Below are positions 49,625-63,600 of a DNA stretch of 64,000 nt, piece by piece; within the stretch, counting starts at the first letter, position 1; each line of letters begins with the position of its first letter. The notes below the pieces were generated by a model that saw nothing but the letters and a program-made list of their open reading frames with translations, did no database searches and was not told the origin of the DNA. This DNA comes from Octopus vulgaris (lineage: Eukaryota). A program made the position numbers and the translations under genes. The DNA is taken from assembly GCA_951406725.2 (NCBI GenBank), contig OX597815.1, forward strand, positions 54,560,001-54,624,000. Direction: 5' to 3'.

Positions 49625-50940
49625 AGTGTTTTGGCAGACCTCGTCAGAATAATGAGAAATGTGTCACGCATGTGCGAACCTACAGAGTTAAAGAGACACA
49701 TACAATATTTCATTCACCGCATGCAGTTCTCAGGTTACAGCCATAAAGAAAGGATCAGAGTATACAAAGGAGCCATGAAGAAATTTGATAATATATTATG
49801 TAATGATAGGAATGGGATTTTCCCACTCTATAGGAACAAGTCATGGAACACTATAGAAAGGACAAAAAGAAAATAGGGAAGGCCAACTCTTGGTACGATA
49901 GCCATAAATACCAGAGTGTCATGTTCGTTGACACCACCCCTGGAGGTGAACTGGCGTACCGCTTTAGAAGGACCCTAGACAAACTTAAGCTAAGGATTAA
50001 GGTTGTTGAAAAGCCAGGCAACCCTATCAAATCTATAATTAGTAGAACCTATCCTTTTAGTAGAACCCCCTGTACGGATAAGTACTGTACTGTAAATAGA
50101 TTTAGCCCACAAACAAACTGTAAAGCCAGAAATGTAGTCTATAGTATAAGATGTATAGAGGGACGATGCAGTAATAAGACAACGACATACGTAGGGGAAA
50201 CGGCAAGAAGCATAGGAGAGCGGGTAAATGAACGTTTACCAAGGAAGGTAAAAGCTCATCGATTCTGTACCAACACGCCGAACAGGAACACAGGGGATCA
50301 ATCAACAACATAGAAATTAAAATATTGTCCACACATAGAACAGATACAATAATCAGACAAATTACAGAAGCTACACACATAATAGAAAATAAACCTAGCC
50401 TGAATAGGAAACTAGAATGGAACACTAGCACACACCACAACATATGACGGTAGAGGATCCCGAAAACATAATGAATACACAGATAAATAAACAAATAGAA
50501 ATAAATAACTATATAAGTTTTTTTTTATTTATTATTATTATTACTAGTATTGTTGTTACACATACATACATACATACAAGCATATGTAATGATAATAATA
50601 AGTGGATGTAAACACATGAACAAAATAAGAATAAACAAAAACAACAACAACAAAAACAAATTACATGAACGTATATAAACAGAAGATAAAAATATTACAG
50701 GCATCCCCCCACACACACACTAAATAAACATAGACACACATAGAGATATAAGCATGCGCAAATGAAGACATACAATAGAAATACAAAATGGCTGACGGTT
50801 AGTAAGGAGAGACACAAGTAAGAAAGAAGAAAACAAAAGACCACTGATGCGCTCCCAGGAGTGTGACGAAAGAACTCTGGCCGAAATAAGATTAAGATTA
50901 ATGTAAAAAATAAATAACACTGAAGCAAAATAACACCAAA
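49625..50940 (+). mobile_element. Penelope-like element, 5'-truncated (RT thumb, GIY-YIG, 3' end)
   Basis: RMQFSGY, VMFVDTTPGGELA, KVVEKPG, NVVYSIRC...YVGETARSIGER, RQITEA...PSLNRK; decayed hammerhead at 50841-50880. Confidence 0.85.
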
Positions 50941-51689
50941 TATATAGTGCGTGTGTTTTTATTGGCTAAACTGGCAAAATGACCATTCCGAAATATAACA
51001 ATATCTGTTTCAACACACGACTTCACATAAAAAGATCTTGCACAACAAATATATAAACGTATTCTTCTACTTATTTTATTAATCTACTAATTTTTATACC
51101 AATACAGAAGACTTGTGCTGCAAGAGGAGCATCTTGTAATAAAGAAGTCAAGTATAAGTTATACATATGTACGATGTGTAGATATGATATGCGCATTAAT
51201 CTAACTGTTTTTTTACTCGAAAATCTACTACTCACATACTTGTCTGTTTCGAAAGCCGACAGATAATTGATGTTTCGTTTCTTCTTTTCCCTTTAGCTGC
51301 GTTCAAATCTTCGACAAGAACTGCGTGAAAGACAGAGAAATAGGAAATGCGAGTTAGAAACTGATTTAAAAAATTATTTCATACAAGATAATCTAATGAT
51401 ATGTTGAGTTTATCAAATAGCTTGTGGCTTTATTAAATTTTATGAACATTAGACAAAAATAGAATGGCATTCTGATCGATTGAGTTTGGTACACAGGCAA
51501 TTTGTAAGTGTTCTTGGAATGAATACTAATGATCTGTCTGGGACTGTTTGGGATATGTAAAATAATGTAAGATCTCATACTACTAGTTGTTTGATGATCA
51601 ATCTGAAAGACATGATTAATTTGTATCATCTTTGATTTACAAATAGTGTATCATCTTTGATTTACAAATAGTGTCCTTCAGGGCACTAT

Positions 51690-52490
51690 GACTGACGTTT
51701 CTAGTGTTACTCGTTAACAGAAACATATCTGGTTGGGACGATGTTACCGCCACCTCTTCCGGAAAGACATGGCTTCCTTTCAAGTCTACGTGGATCAAAG
51801 GCGTTGTGCAATTAGAAAACTGAGTCCCCACAGTTGTAATATGAGCTAGGTACCTTATTATTTTCGCATAGTGATGTCTATAGCTTATTGACTTTAACTT
51901 TCTGCAAGTCGCTTCAATGTATATCGTCCTTCTCGCAATACCTCAGGATACACGGTTAAAATAAGTTTCAAGTTGTTTAACATTGCAGCAAATCATAATT
52001 AGTTCGATGAGAATTTGAGCATCAACTTTAGCGACATCTTGTAAGGTGATGCACCCAGGAAGTTCAAATCTATTATGAAAGTTTACCAGGCATTCTAAGA
52101 TATCATTTATGGGGAAAAAAGTAAAAGCTGAGAATCCTCGTTGTCGAAATAGCAGGCAGTGCTAAATCATAGAGTTGAAGAAAGACCAAAAGCTAATGAA
52201 AAAAGTGTGTAAAACGTTAATCTTAAGCCGCCTGACACAGTGCAAGGTGGCCCCAGAAAAGATATTCCACAGAGAAATAGTTCTTAACATCTACCAAAGC
52301 TCAAGTCATACACTTTTTCAACTTAGGACCATCTGCCACATTTAGAAGATTTACAAACTCTGCCGACTGATCCTGATGAAATTCTGGAAAGTTTTAGAAA
52401 CACCATAGAAAACTCAGGAACTCTGACTCTGGATAGTATTAACGCCTACTTTGTCCCAGAGAAATTTAATTCATCGTGATTTCACATTAT
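51690..52490 (-). mobile_element. Highly decayed HERO/R2-like LINE fragment
   Basis: LREGRYT and VDLKGSHVFPEEVAVTSSQPDMFL resemble the GRYTWRH and RPD motifs of the RLE domain. The upstream boundary is uncertain. Confidence 0.5.
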
Positions 52491-53154
52491 TCGGGACATC
52501 TGCAAAATCGATGTCTTTGTTTTCTATACTATAATGGATAAAACTGTTTATTAATTAGGTATGTAATAATTACTAAAAGTGCTAAAAGAAAGCAATTATT
52601 AAAGGGTTGACCGTCTGGGAAAACTTTTATAAATTTACGTTCTAAGAAATTTCCTATAATTTCGATTTCTGAAGTTTATTGAATTTTTTAAACTCCAAAT
52701 TCTCGCAAATTTAAATGTTCATTGCAATCATTGCATCCGATTCTACATAAATTTAAATATTCATTGCATTCACTTCAGAATAGATTTTAATGTTTAATAA
52801 TAAACACCATTAATTCGTTACATGTAACATTTTACGTTTTAGTTTGGAACAGTCTCTCATTCTCGCTCGCCTCTATTTTCATTAATGATAATTTAATAAT
52901 AGCTATATAACTTTGATATGAGACACACTTTCAAGAATATTATCAGTTTCCAGAGTTTGTTAAATGAAAATTTTTGATAAAATGAAACTTTGTTTAATAT
53001 ACCTCTGTATATTTTTGCTTTGTAAATGAAGAAGTGATTTTGTTGATATGGCTACTTGGAACGCTATAATCCTTACAATAATAACTATGTGATCGCTGCT
53101 ATTTCTATCACGCTAAACAAGATAGTTTTTAACGAGCTTTCACTTATTTATAAT

Positions 53155-54266
53155 ATGCGACTGAAAAAGAAAATTTAGCAGCAAAGGCACAACGGCGGAG
53201 AGAAAGACGGGCAACTGAATCGGATGAAACCAGGGCAAAGCGACTGAAACAGATGCCTGAATATGCACGGAGACGTGGACATGATTCTGTTTCCGCTACA
53301 CATGACCGACTGGTTAGGGTATCTCGGGAGGAGAATATTCTACTTCAAAATAATGGTGTCAGATCACAAATTGTTGATGCAACACTAAAGAGATCTTTTC
53401 TTTACGATGATGTGAAAGTAGTAGAGTTGACAACCAATCTAAGACTTCTTACAGAAGGTCATTCTGATGAAAGAGAGTTTGTTAATTACCTTCTTGATGC
53501 AGGAAATAGTAATATTTCTGTTGAACAAAGCCTAGGCGAATTCAGAATCAAACTATCCAATGACATTTGCCTTGAAAGTGGTACTCTTTCATATCTTTGT
53601 GACCTCAATATATGCTGACCTCAAAAATAACTTCAAAAGTCCTGTGTGGCTTGCAAATACAACCATTGTTATCCCAACAAATGAAGCAGCACAATCTGTG
53701 AAGGATTTTCTGTTGACCAGAATCCCTAGTGAACTAAAACTATACAGGATCTCAGATACAGTTGATAATGAAACTTTGTACCTAATTGCGTTCATCAATA
53801 AATTTACACCATCAAGTTTTCCACCATACATTCTCAAACTAAAGAAAAAATGATGCATAATGCTTCTGAAACATTTAGATGCTACTAACGGGCATTGCAA
53901 TAGCACACGCTACAACATTGCCAGTTTACATGATTATGCTATTGAGGCTGAGGTTGCTTCTGGTCCTCACTCAGGATCAACTCTGCTAATCCCAAGAATA
54001 CCACATGCATCTCAAGAAATGGAATTGCCATTCATATTTACAAACTATTTCCTGTCAAGCCAGCTTTTGCCTTGACGTACAACAAGGCACAGTGACAGAC
54101 TTTTGAACAAATTGGAATATATATTCCGACACAATTCTTCTCACATGGTCAGCTGTATTTTGCATTATCTAGAGTTCAAAAGAAGGCTAATGTAAAAATA
54201 TTGGCTGAAAGAAATGGAAACAGTATGATTACTGACAAATGTTTTTACAAGGAGATACTACATTAA
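53155..54266 (+). pseudogene. Second Helitron remnant: N-terminus joined to the helicase C-terminal half
   Basis: RRRERRATESDETRAKRLKQ, then LTTNLRL, LLDAGN, PTNE, HCNSTR, LIPRI, FPVKPAFALTYNKAQ, FSHGQLYFALSRV, YKEIL*. A possible 5' end TCTATACTATAAT lies at 52523. Confidence 0.88.
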
Positions 54267-54481
54267 AGCAAAATATGCGTCTTAGCAAGTTTCAGTAAAT
54301 AGAATTAACACATAAATGTAAAGTAACAAATATTTGTGTGGAATTAAATTGTCTTGTCATATTTCAATACATACCGAAGGAATGATATCGTTATATTAGA
54401 TCATTTTAAATTTGGGTAAATTTGAAAAACGCCATTCCCATGTGTTCTCACAGCACCATACTTTTGTGTGTGGCAGGGTGT

Positions 54482-54545
54482 ATCCATCCAGCCATCAATC
54501 CATCCATCCATCCATCTATCCATCCATCCATCTATCCATCCATCC

Positions 54546-54597
<52 letters not shown>

Positions 54598-54618
54598 GTC
54601 TGTCTGTCTATCTATCTC
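54482..54618. repeat. (ATCC)n-(ATCT)n microsatellite
   Basis: Direct inspection. Confidence 0.95.
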
Positions 54619-55734
54619 TGCATGCCTATGTAAGTTCTACCAATTGTTAATGATAAGTATATATAACAGATTGACTCTTTCAAAAAGAGAAATTATGACT
54701 GTGATAAAACAATGAGAGCCATATTTACTAAAGTAAGTGAGCACTATAATTACACGTAAAATACCATAAGAATTATTAGAATTGGAAATCAAATGTGGAA
54801 ATATTATCGAGGGAGATCTTTCTGCTATTAATGATAACGGAGTTCTTCTAAGAGACGTTTTGAAGATAAGATATTCTTAAGTAAAACATTTCGTCTTTCC
54901 TTCAAAAGCTTTAAACTGATATCAAAGGACAACAGTTTTTTTTTTTTTTTCAAATTCCATTTTTAATTCGAGAAAAGAATATACCATTCGAAATATAACA
55001 GCTTTTGCAACTGCTGGTGCTGCTAACCGGTAGGTGATTATTAGGAATCACTATTTAAAAAAATGATCTAACGTAAGGTTAACGTCAATATATAGATGTC
55101 AAACATCAGAAGACATTTTTGATGACACTCCATATCACAATGTTATTATATCATGCAAAGAGAATGTTTCTATTTACACCGAATAACTTAAGTTATTCAA
55201 GATGAAAATATGAAGTTGATTTAGCTTTCACCTGGCTACCATTCACACTGAACTTCAACAGGATAACAGTATTTCTGTGTATTTCAATCCTTTGTTTATT
55301 TTTACATTGATATGCAAATTCGGTTCAGCATTAAAGCGTATATTTACATGTAAGCATTCAAATACAGAAAATTGATTGTTCTACAAAATTATAATATTTT
55401 TTCTTTTAAAATTTTTAAACATCTAAAATCTCAAATAATTCAATAGAATTATCAACATTTTCAGAATTATGAGAGAAAAGGGGGAAAGGTATGTATTAAT
55501 CTTAACGGGAAGGTGCATGAGAGGGGAAAAGAGATAAACAGAGAGAGAGAAAGAGAGAGAGAGAGAGTAACTATGAAGTAGAAAGAGAAACTCGAAGATA
55601 GAACGATATAGGGATGATCGAGAAAGACATCAGATAAATATATTCATGTATCTTTTACCTATTATTTGCTTCAGTAATTTGAAAGCAATCCTTTTATCAC
55701 ACAGCCACGCTTGTGCGGTACATTTTTTTAATCT

Positions 55735-55920
55735 TTTATCTTTTACTTGTTTCAGTCACTAGATTGCGACCATGCTGTGGCATCGCCTTGGAAAATTTTA
55801 GTCGAACGAACCGACGCCAGTAGATTTTTTAAGCCTGATATTTACTCTATCAGAATATTTTACCGAACCGCTATGTATACAAGTCAAGTTGTTGTGATGG
55901 ACAAGATCTTATGCAAAGAT
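55735..55920 (-). mobile_element. SINE 3' fragment
   Basis: Similar to 39810-40000. Confidence 0.65.
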
Positions 55921-56078
55921 ACACACACGCACAGAGAGACACACATACATACACACGTTTTCGTCCGCCAGAGGCTCTAGCAGGAGTAGAAAATCGTCCA
56001 GGGTGAACACAGAACCATGTGTGTATATGTATATATATAAACATATATACATATAAATATATGTATATATATACACAC

Positions 56079-56112
<34 letters not shown>

Positions 56113-56144
56113 CATACATATACACAATATATATATATGTGCAC

Positions 56145-56196
<52 letters not shown>

Positions 56197-56488
56197 TACA
56201 TATAAGTATATAAAACGAACAAACATTTGAGTTTCATCACAGAATTTGTTAAATACCGACATTGATTTCTCTTAAAAGGAACATTGTAAAAGGTACGGCT
56301 CAAAGCAATAGATTCGACTGATATTTAAAGTTTTAATGCATGTCTTTCTGTGCATTATTAAAACTCGTCAAATAGAAATGAAATAACTTGAAGGTAATAG
56401 CGTTTAAATCTACTTTCTTGCTCACCTGTTACACAAGCCCAAACATACAAATATCACATATATATATTATACCTACACATATATACGT

Positions 56489-56845
56489 GGAGATGCAATG
56501 GTCAAGTGATTAGGGCAGCAGACTTACACTCATAGGATCGTTGTGAGAGTTTATTGAGCGAAAATACCGAAAGCTCCACGAGGCTTCGGCTGGGCGGGGG
56601 GGGGGAAACCTGCTGTACTCCTTTCACCACAACTTTCTCTCACACTTTCTTCCTGTTTCTGTTGTACCTGTATTCCAAAGGGCCAGTGTTGCCACGCTCT
56701 GTCACGCTGAATTTCCCCGAGAACTACGTTAAGGGTACACGTGTCTGTAGAATGGTCAACCACTTGCACGTTAATTTCACGAGCAGGTGTTCCGTTGATC
56801 GGATCGGCTGGAACTCGCATCATCGTAACCGACGGAGTGCCACGA
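56489..56845 (+). mobile_element. tRNA-derived SINE, possibly Ceph-domain type with an RTE-like tail
   Basis: A-box-like TGGTCAAGTGATTAGGGCAGCAGACT head, GC-rich body, and tail ...GTAACCGACGGAGTGCCAC. The family assignment is from recall and unverified. Confidence 0.6.
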
Positions 56846-56859
56846 TACACACATATATA

Positions 56860-56933
<74 letters not shown>

Positions 56934-57109
56934 AAGGTTGGTTTGTGAAAGCACGTGGGTGAATATATAAAAAATAGTAAAGAGTGAAAAGACGACAGAA
57001 GGCTTAAATGTTAAAAAATATATATAGTTGCGTCAATATGTCTGAAGAATATTAGAAAATTTTTTAAACAAATTTTTTTTCCTTTATAATGACATAATTT
57101 TTAAAGAAG

Positions 57110-57924
57110 GATATGCACAATAGTGTCAGAACAAAATACCAGGAACTATAGACTGCAAGAACTCAAAAACACCCTAATTGACAGACATTACCCAGCTCAA
57201 CTCATAGAGGATGGGATCAGACGTGCAACAGAAATCAACATAGAAACTTTAAGAAAAGTTCAACACAACAACACACCTTCCCCGAAAATACTACCTTACA
57301 TATCTACATACAACCCCAGAAACAAAGAAGCCTTCACCATCATCACCCAGAATTTACCAATACTTCATAAAAACCCCAAATTAAAGGAAATTCTAAACAT
57401 ACAACAAATCATTAAAAGCTACAAACAGCCTAAATCACTTAAAAAAGATTCTCACAAAGGCAAAATTGTCTTCTGAAATTACGGATGCAAAAGTAAAAAA
57501 ATGTGGTAGATCGAACTGTGCAACATGTCCTAACCTGCTAGAAGGATCAGAATTCCTCTTTAAAGAGGGACAGAAATTCAAGATCAAATCTAACTTTACT
57601 TGTGCCTCTGAAAACATAATTTATGTCATAAAATGCTCGGGCTGCCACCAAGACTACGTGGGTTCGACGGGACTATCACTCAGACGTAGATGCACACTGC
57701 ATCGACAACAGATTGCATTCTCAGAATATAGAATGATACCTTTTAGTGAGCACATTGAGAAATGCGCAAAGCAACTACTACCACAATTTTTAATCTTTCC
57801 ATTTTACCAATGTGCTTTCGGATCATCAACACAAATTAGACTAAACAAGGAAACATTCTTCATTGAAAAGTACAAGCCCAGACTCAACCATCCGAACATA
57901 CTGATACAGAGAAATTCACATTAA
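57110..57924 (+). pseudogene. PLE RT thumb, Cys-rich linker and GIY-YIG endonuclease (one frameshift)
   Basis: LIDRHYP, ISTYNP, YKQPKSLK; KCGRSNCATC; FTCASENIIYVIKCSGCHQDYVGST..LRRR..H; E..FI..YKPRLN. Confidence 0.92.
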
Positions 57925-58054
57925 GGGAAAGGAAAAAAAATTTAAGCGATTATCTCCCTTACACCGGAAGAAATCACCCACTACCTTCCCTTATTTAGAA
58001 CTCTCCGGAGCTTAAACACAAGGATAACTCTATTAAACATAAACATAACGTCAC

Positions 58055-58093
58055 AAGAAATTTGAAAAGCTAAATGCGAAACCGGTCTTTCTT
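58055..58093 (+). ncRNA. Hammerhead motif, U3-A8 variant
   Basis: AAGAAA-u-UUGAAAA-GC(uaaau)GC-GAAA-ccgg-UC/UUUCUU. Confidence 0.55.
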
Positions 58094-58360
58094 TAAAAAT
58101 TATGTCATTATAAAGGAAAAAAAATTTGTTTAAAAAATTTTCTAATATTGTTCAGACATATTGACGCAAATATATATATTTTTTAACATTTAAGCATTCT
58201 GTCGTTTTTTCACTCTTTACTATTTTATATATATATATATATTTATTTGTGCGTGCGCGTGTGCGTGTGTATAAGCTTGTACAGATATACAGTTCAGCAA
58301 ATTACATATGGATTATATAGTAGAGTTTGTGTGTGGAGAGAGGGAGAGGATAACAGAGGG

Positions 58361-58405
<45 letters not shown>

Positions 58406-58494
58406 GTGTGTGTATGTGAGAGAGAGGGAGAGAGAACACGTCCCTACTTATTACGTATATTTTCAAGAAATATTATTCCTACAGTTTATTATTG

Positions 58495-58670
58495 AGCGAA
58501 AAGGCACTTCAACCGTCTTTACGGTCTGAGTCCAAATCCGGCTGGAGTTGACTTTGCATGTCATCCTTTCGGGGTCGATGAATTAAGTTCCATTTATATG
58601 CTGGTGTTGATGTAATCGACTAACTTCAACCTCAAAAGTCTTAGGCTTTGTGCCTATGGTAGAAAGGATA
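58495..58670 (+). mobile_element. SINE (tail type A)
   Basis: TCATCCTTTCGGGGTCGAT core and TTGTGCCTATGGTAGAAAGG tail. Confidence 0.8.
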
Positions 58671-58688
58671 ATTACGATTAATAATATT

Positions 58689-58763
58689 GAGTGAGAGAGC
58701 AGTGCATGCCGTCAAAGAGACACTGGGGTAAAATATACAAAGCCCAGTATACAGATCATGACT
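58689..58763 (-). mobile_element. 75-bp terminal piece of the ~550-bp repeat family
   Basis: Matches 18326-18400. Confidence 0.8.
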
Positions 58764-60480
58764 CTACGACTATTCCAGTCAATAATTTCCACATAAGTCT
58801 AAGTTGTTTAGTTCGTCTACTGTCCATGCGATTACTCCTGCTCCATATCTAAGGAGTGACACAGCCTAGGTGTTGGAAGCTTCAATTTTATTCCGTCCGT
58901 TTAATTTCGACTTAAAGATCAGTCTCGGTCTGCGTAAATACACCACCTTAAATTTTTCTGTCATTTCTTTCTCCATCAATTTATCCATTTGCAATATCCA
59001 CAAGTACTCACAGTCCGTCTCTTCGATCTGCTTCATAACCTCCCCGACAATATCGCTACATTTGATTTTGCCTCTTTTCAAGACTAACACACCACATTTT
59101 TTCAGTCCGAACTCCATTCTGATATCAGCACTGAAGGTATACACCGTATCAATGATTCCTTTTTACCATAAAGTATGATGTCATCCATGAATAACAAGTA
59201 GTTGATGTTTTGTTGGCGGCTCTTGAATACATACCCAGCATTTACTTTCCTCAGAATCAGTGTTAATAGTATCATGCACAGTACAAAGATCAGTGAGGAC
59301 AGGCTATCCCCTTAGAAGATGCCTCTCCTGATTTCTACTGTCCCTAAACGTCTTCCATATGCTGTCAGTTCCGTCCTCCACTTCCCCACACTTTTTCCAA
59401 GCAATCGCTCAACATTCGATGCAATACCAAACAGGTTCATATATTCCATAATCCAAAACTGTGGTATCATTAGTAAGCTTTACGATAATCGATCCATGAC
59501 ATGGATAAGTTAGTTTTCCTCCACTTGCAGTCTCTAAGTACAGTTTTGTCTACAAGGAGTTGATCCTTGGTACCTCTGCACTTATGCTAGCAACCCTTCT
59601 GCTCATGTGGCAGGACTCCATTTTTACCAGATGTCCATACATTTACTCTACGTCTATTCCAGGCAATAACTTCCACATAAGAGGCAAGCAGGATATCGGC
59701 CTGTAATTGTCTACTGCATTGCCTTCTTCGGTGTTTTTCAAGCACAGCATTATCCTACCTATTGTCAACCACTCTGGTGTTACTTGGTATCCATTCAACA
59801 AGGTGTTGAGTTGTGCAGCTATTCGTGCAGAGAATTCGCCAAATCTTTTGATCCAGTAGCCTTGAACTCCATCTGGTCCTGGAGGCTTCCAGTTGCCTAT
59901 TTTTTGTTGATTTCCTTCACTTCCCCCGACTGAAATGACTAGTTCTGTCTGTTTGGGACAGACTACTGCTTGTTTCAGTTTTTGCAGCTATTCAGTATCC
60001 TTCTTGTGCTCCTTGTCTTTGCTCCAGATGTCACACCAAAACCTTTCAATGATATTTGTACACCCTTCATTTATGTGTACACTCTCACTGCTATCTGTAC
60101 ACTCTTCATCTGTATACTCTCTATTTATTTCTTTGTAGAATATCTTCTAATCTACTCTGAATAACCTATTCTGCTGGTATCACTTCATTCTTTGGTCGTA
60201 TCTTACTATCTATGCTTTCTTTGCAACGAGGCGCTGTTTCAGTTCCTCTATTACTACTTTCAGGCCCTTTCTTTCAATATCATATTTCCTGTTCAGTGCC
60301 TTGTATTTTTATTCGCTTTTAAGCTCCCCCTTCTCTTTTCGGTCTACACAGAAATGTCCTTCGAGAGCATATCTAACCCCACCTGAATTCTTCTTTTCCA
60401 CCATGGCTCTTTTCTTTTGTCACTACCATTATATTTCTTTTTCTTGACCGACATTTTCTGCAACATGTTTTTTGTTTTGA
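58764..60480 (-). mobile_element. Decayed Dong LINE RT fragment
   Basis: [49 protein letters not shown]. Confidence 0.85.
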
Positions 60481-60496
60481 TGTAATATAATTATTG

Positions 60497-60551
<55 letters not shown>

Positions 60552-60604
60552 CATCATCATCGTCATCATCATCATCATCATTATCCATATTATTATTATT
60601 ATGT

Positions 60605-63600
60605 TTTTTCCTTCTTTCTTCAATTTTTCTTCCGTTTCTCGCCGAGTGTTTTCCATACACCTAGGGCAGAGAAGCTCATTGTATGCATTCCCAGATTACA
60701 CGCGCAAATTCACAGATAAAATATGTATTTAAAAATTAATAAATAAATAAATCCATGGATGGATGTTGTTTTCACAGCGATAATGCTCTTCTCAGTACAT
60801 GAGCCTTTCCAGTTAATACGATTTTTTGCACCTCCTGTAGGGATGGTAAACCTGGAATCATTTTCAAATAGGTTTCAGTACCCTTTTTTTATCATTCCTA
60901 GAGATCCTACAATCACTGGCACTGTAGTCGTCTTGAGACGCCACATTTTTTCTATTTCTATTAGCAAGTCTTTATATTTGCTAATCTTGTCAAATTCTTT
61001 CGCCGCTATATTGTGATCGCAAGAAATACTCATGTCAATTAATAAACACATCTTTTTTGTCTGATCTTTTATAATAATATCCGATTTATTAGCTTTTATA
61101 GTTTTGTCGGTCTGTACGGGGAAGTCCCATAGAATCAACACATTTTCTTCCTCAGTCACAGCTTCAGGATGGTGTTTATACGATTTGTCGGCGGTTTTGA
61201 TTTTATAATGCCGACATATTGTCCAATGTAAATACTGGCCGACTCTGTCATGTCTTGCTTTATATTCTGCAGGTGCTAAGACTCTACACACTGAGATTAG
61301 GTGGTCTATTGTTTCAATCTCATCGTTACAGAATCGGCATTTTGGGTCAGATCCATTTTTTATCACATCACATTGGCTTGGTAGTTCCGGGTTAATAAGC
61401 TTTGGTCTTGAGCAGCTAATAGGAAACCTTCACTCTCTGCTTTTAGCCCTGAGCTTCGCAACCATTGGTGCGTTTGTTTCTGGTCTACATCAGCCACATA
61501 CTAGCCATGGAGAGGTTTCTGTTCCCATCTGCTAGCTAATTTTTCATGTGCTTTCGTCTTTGCAATTAATTTTATTTTCTTTGCGGCAGCAGTTGGCGCA
61601 TTTCCTTCAGCCTGATCAATCTAGTGGGGATCTAAGAGATCAGCAGCGAATTTTTTGTTCTCTTTGAGAATAGAGTGAAGTTTTTTCGGTCTTTCATGTT
61701 TTTCAACAAGTTGCTTCAAGGTATTTGGCCAGTCCGGTTGTGGTGGTTTTGTATGTAAGTTCAAGCTGGATCAAACTTCGACCTCCCTGAGCTCTGGGAA
61801 GGTAAAGACGATCCACGTCTGCCTTTGGATGGTGCATCTTATTACAAGTCAGTAGCTTGTGGATTTTTCTATCAATTTTCATTATTTCACTGGTATTCCA
61901 GTTAAGCACATTGAAGCTATAAAGAACAACTGGTACTGCTAAGGAATTTATGGCTAACACCTTATTATATGCATTCATCTCAGACTTCAGGACTGCTCGA
62001 ACTCTTCTATAACATTCCTTCCTAACCTTCTCTTTCATGCTTGCATGCTGGATACCAGGGCTTTCATTTATTCCTAGGTATTCATAGGTTTGTTCCTGCT
62101 CAAGTTCCTTTATTACTGTTTCGACATCTAATTCGATTGAACTAGACTTTACCAATTTCCTTTTCTTAAAAGTGGCTTTGGCACACTTTTCAAGGCCAAA
62201 CTTCATCCCGATATCATCACTGAATCCTTTCACAGTATGTAATAATCCTTCAAGCTCTTCATCATCTTTGCCATATGGTTTTAAATCATCCATATAAATA
62301 AGATGGCTTATTTTCCTGTTGTCAATTTTGTAGCCATATCCTGTTCTATTTAGTTCACTTGCGAGTGGTATTAGTGCTATGCAGAAAATTAGTGGTGAAA
62401 ATGAGTCACCCTGGAAAATGCCACAGTTTATGCTAATATTGTTTGAGCGCAATACTCCATTAGAATGATACAATTGGAGCTTCGTGTTCCATAGTGACAT
62501 ATTATACTTTAAAAAATCTGAAATCACAGGAAATATTTTGAAAATGTCCAGCGATTTCAGAATCCACGAATGCGGTATGCTGTCAAAGGCTTTTTTATAA
62601 TCAATCCATGAAGTGCTGAGATTCCTGCGCTTGTTATGGCAGTTCTCAAGGATCATGCGATTAATTAGGAGCTGATTTTTGCATCCGTATGAACCTCGTC
62701 TGCATTCTTTTTGTTCAGTGGGAAAGAGGTTACTCTCTTCCATAAACGTATATATTTTCTCTACTAGAATAGATGTCAAAAGCTTATAGGTAGTAGGTAA
62801 ACATGTTATAGGCCGGTAGTTTTTTGGGTCTTTCGTTTTGTTATTTTGGGGGAGGAGGTAAGTAATACCATTTGCCATCCAATGGGGTGTTTTTTCCGGG
62901 TCTTACATAATACTGTTAAATAGTATTACTAACATTTTGTGTGCGGACGAGAGTGATGAGAGCCAGAAATTTGGTACTCTTTCAATACCAGGGGATTTCC
63001 ACTTATGAGCCTTCGTTAGTGCCCTCCTTAGGTCGGCGATTGAGATGTCTTTCCATATCTGTTCTTGTAGATTTTTGTAGTCATCTTGGGTGCGTTTGAT
63101 CCAGTCTGCATTTTCATTGCATGGTTTCTCATCACTCCAGATCCCCATCCAAAAGTTTTCAACTTCTTCCATTAGAGGTGGATTTTCAATGGTTATTTTT
63201 TCTTTCCCTATTTCCCTGTAAAATGATTTGCATTGAATTTGAACATCTTATTTTGTTTGTAGAATTTGGTTCTTTTCTCAAATCTGCGTATTCTCTGAGC
63301 TTTTGCTTGAACTTTTTGTTTAAGTGTTTCTTTCGCTGACATTAGTTCTTCTTTTGTTGAGAGTTCATATTTTCTCACAATCTACCTGCCTTTTCTTGAT
63401 CCTACATCATTTCCAGAGATTAACTCAGTTAATATTGATATCTCCCTTCGCAATGATTCAATTTCAGTTTCAATTCTACTCCTCTAGTTTGATTTTCTTT
63501 TCGAATTTGGTATTGTTGGCTTTTTGGGTGTTAAACAGCGTCTTTCGATTACCTTAGCGACAGAGTAAATAATTTCATTTAATTTATTGAGATCGGGTTT

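Larger units (their letters stand above)
56971..58226 (+). mobile_element. Neptune-like Penelope element, 5'-truncated, with an inverted copy of its 3' end
   Basis: Arms 56971-57108 and 58089-58226 are reverse complements; (TA)n flanks; coding remnant inside. Confidence 0.9.

Noticed and set aside
51297-51407. Possible host exon after a strong polypyrimidine-AG acceptor; EF-hand-like IFDKN in one frame
   Set aside because: No partner exons or convincing donor site, and the EF-hand reading needs a frameshift. RNA-seq would be needed.
56489-56560. tRNA gene
   Set aside because: Only an A-box-like 5' half is present, continuing into SINE body; no cloverleaf.
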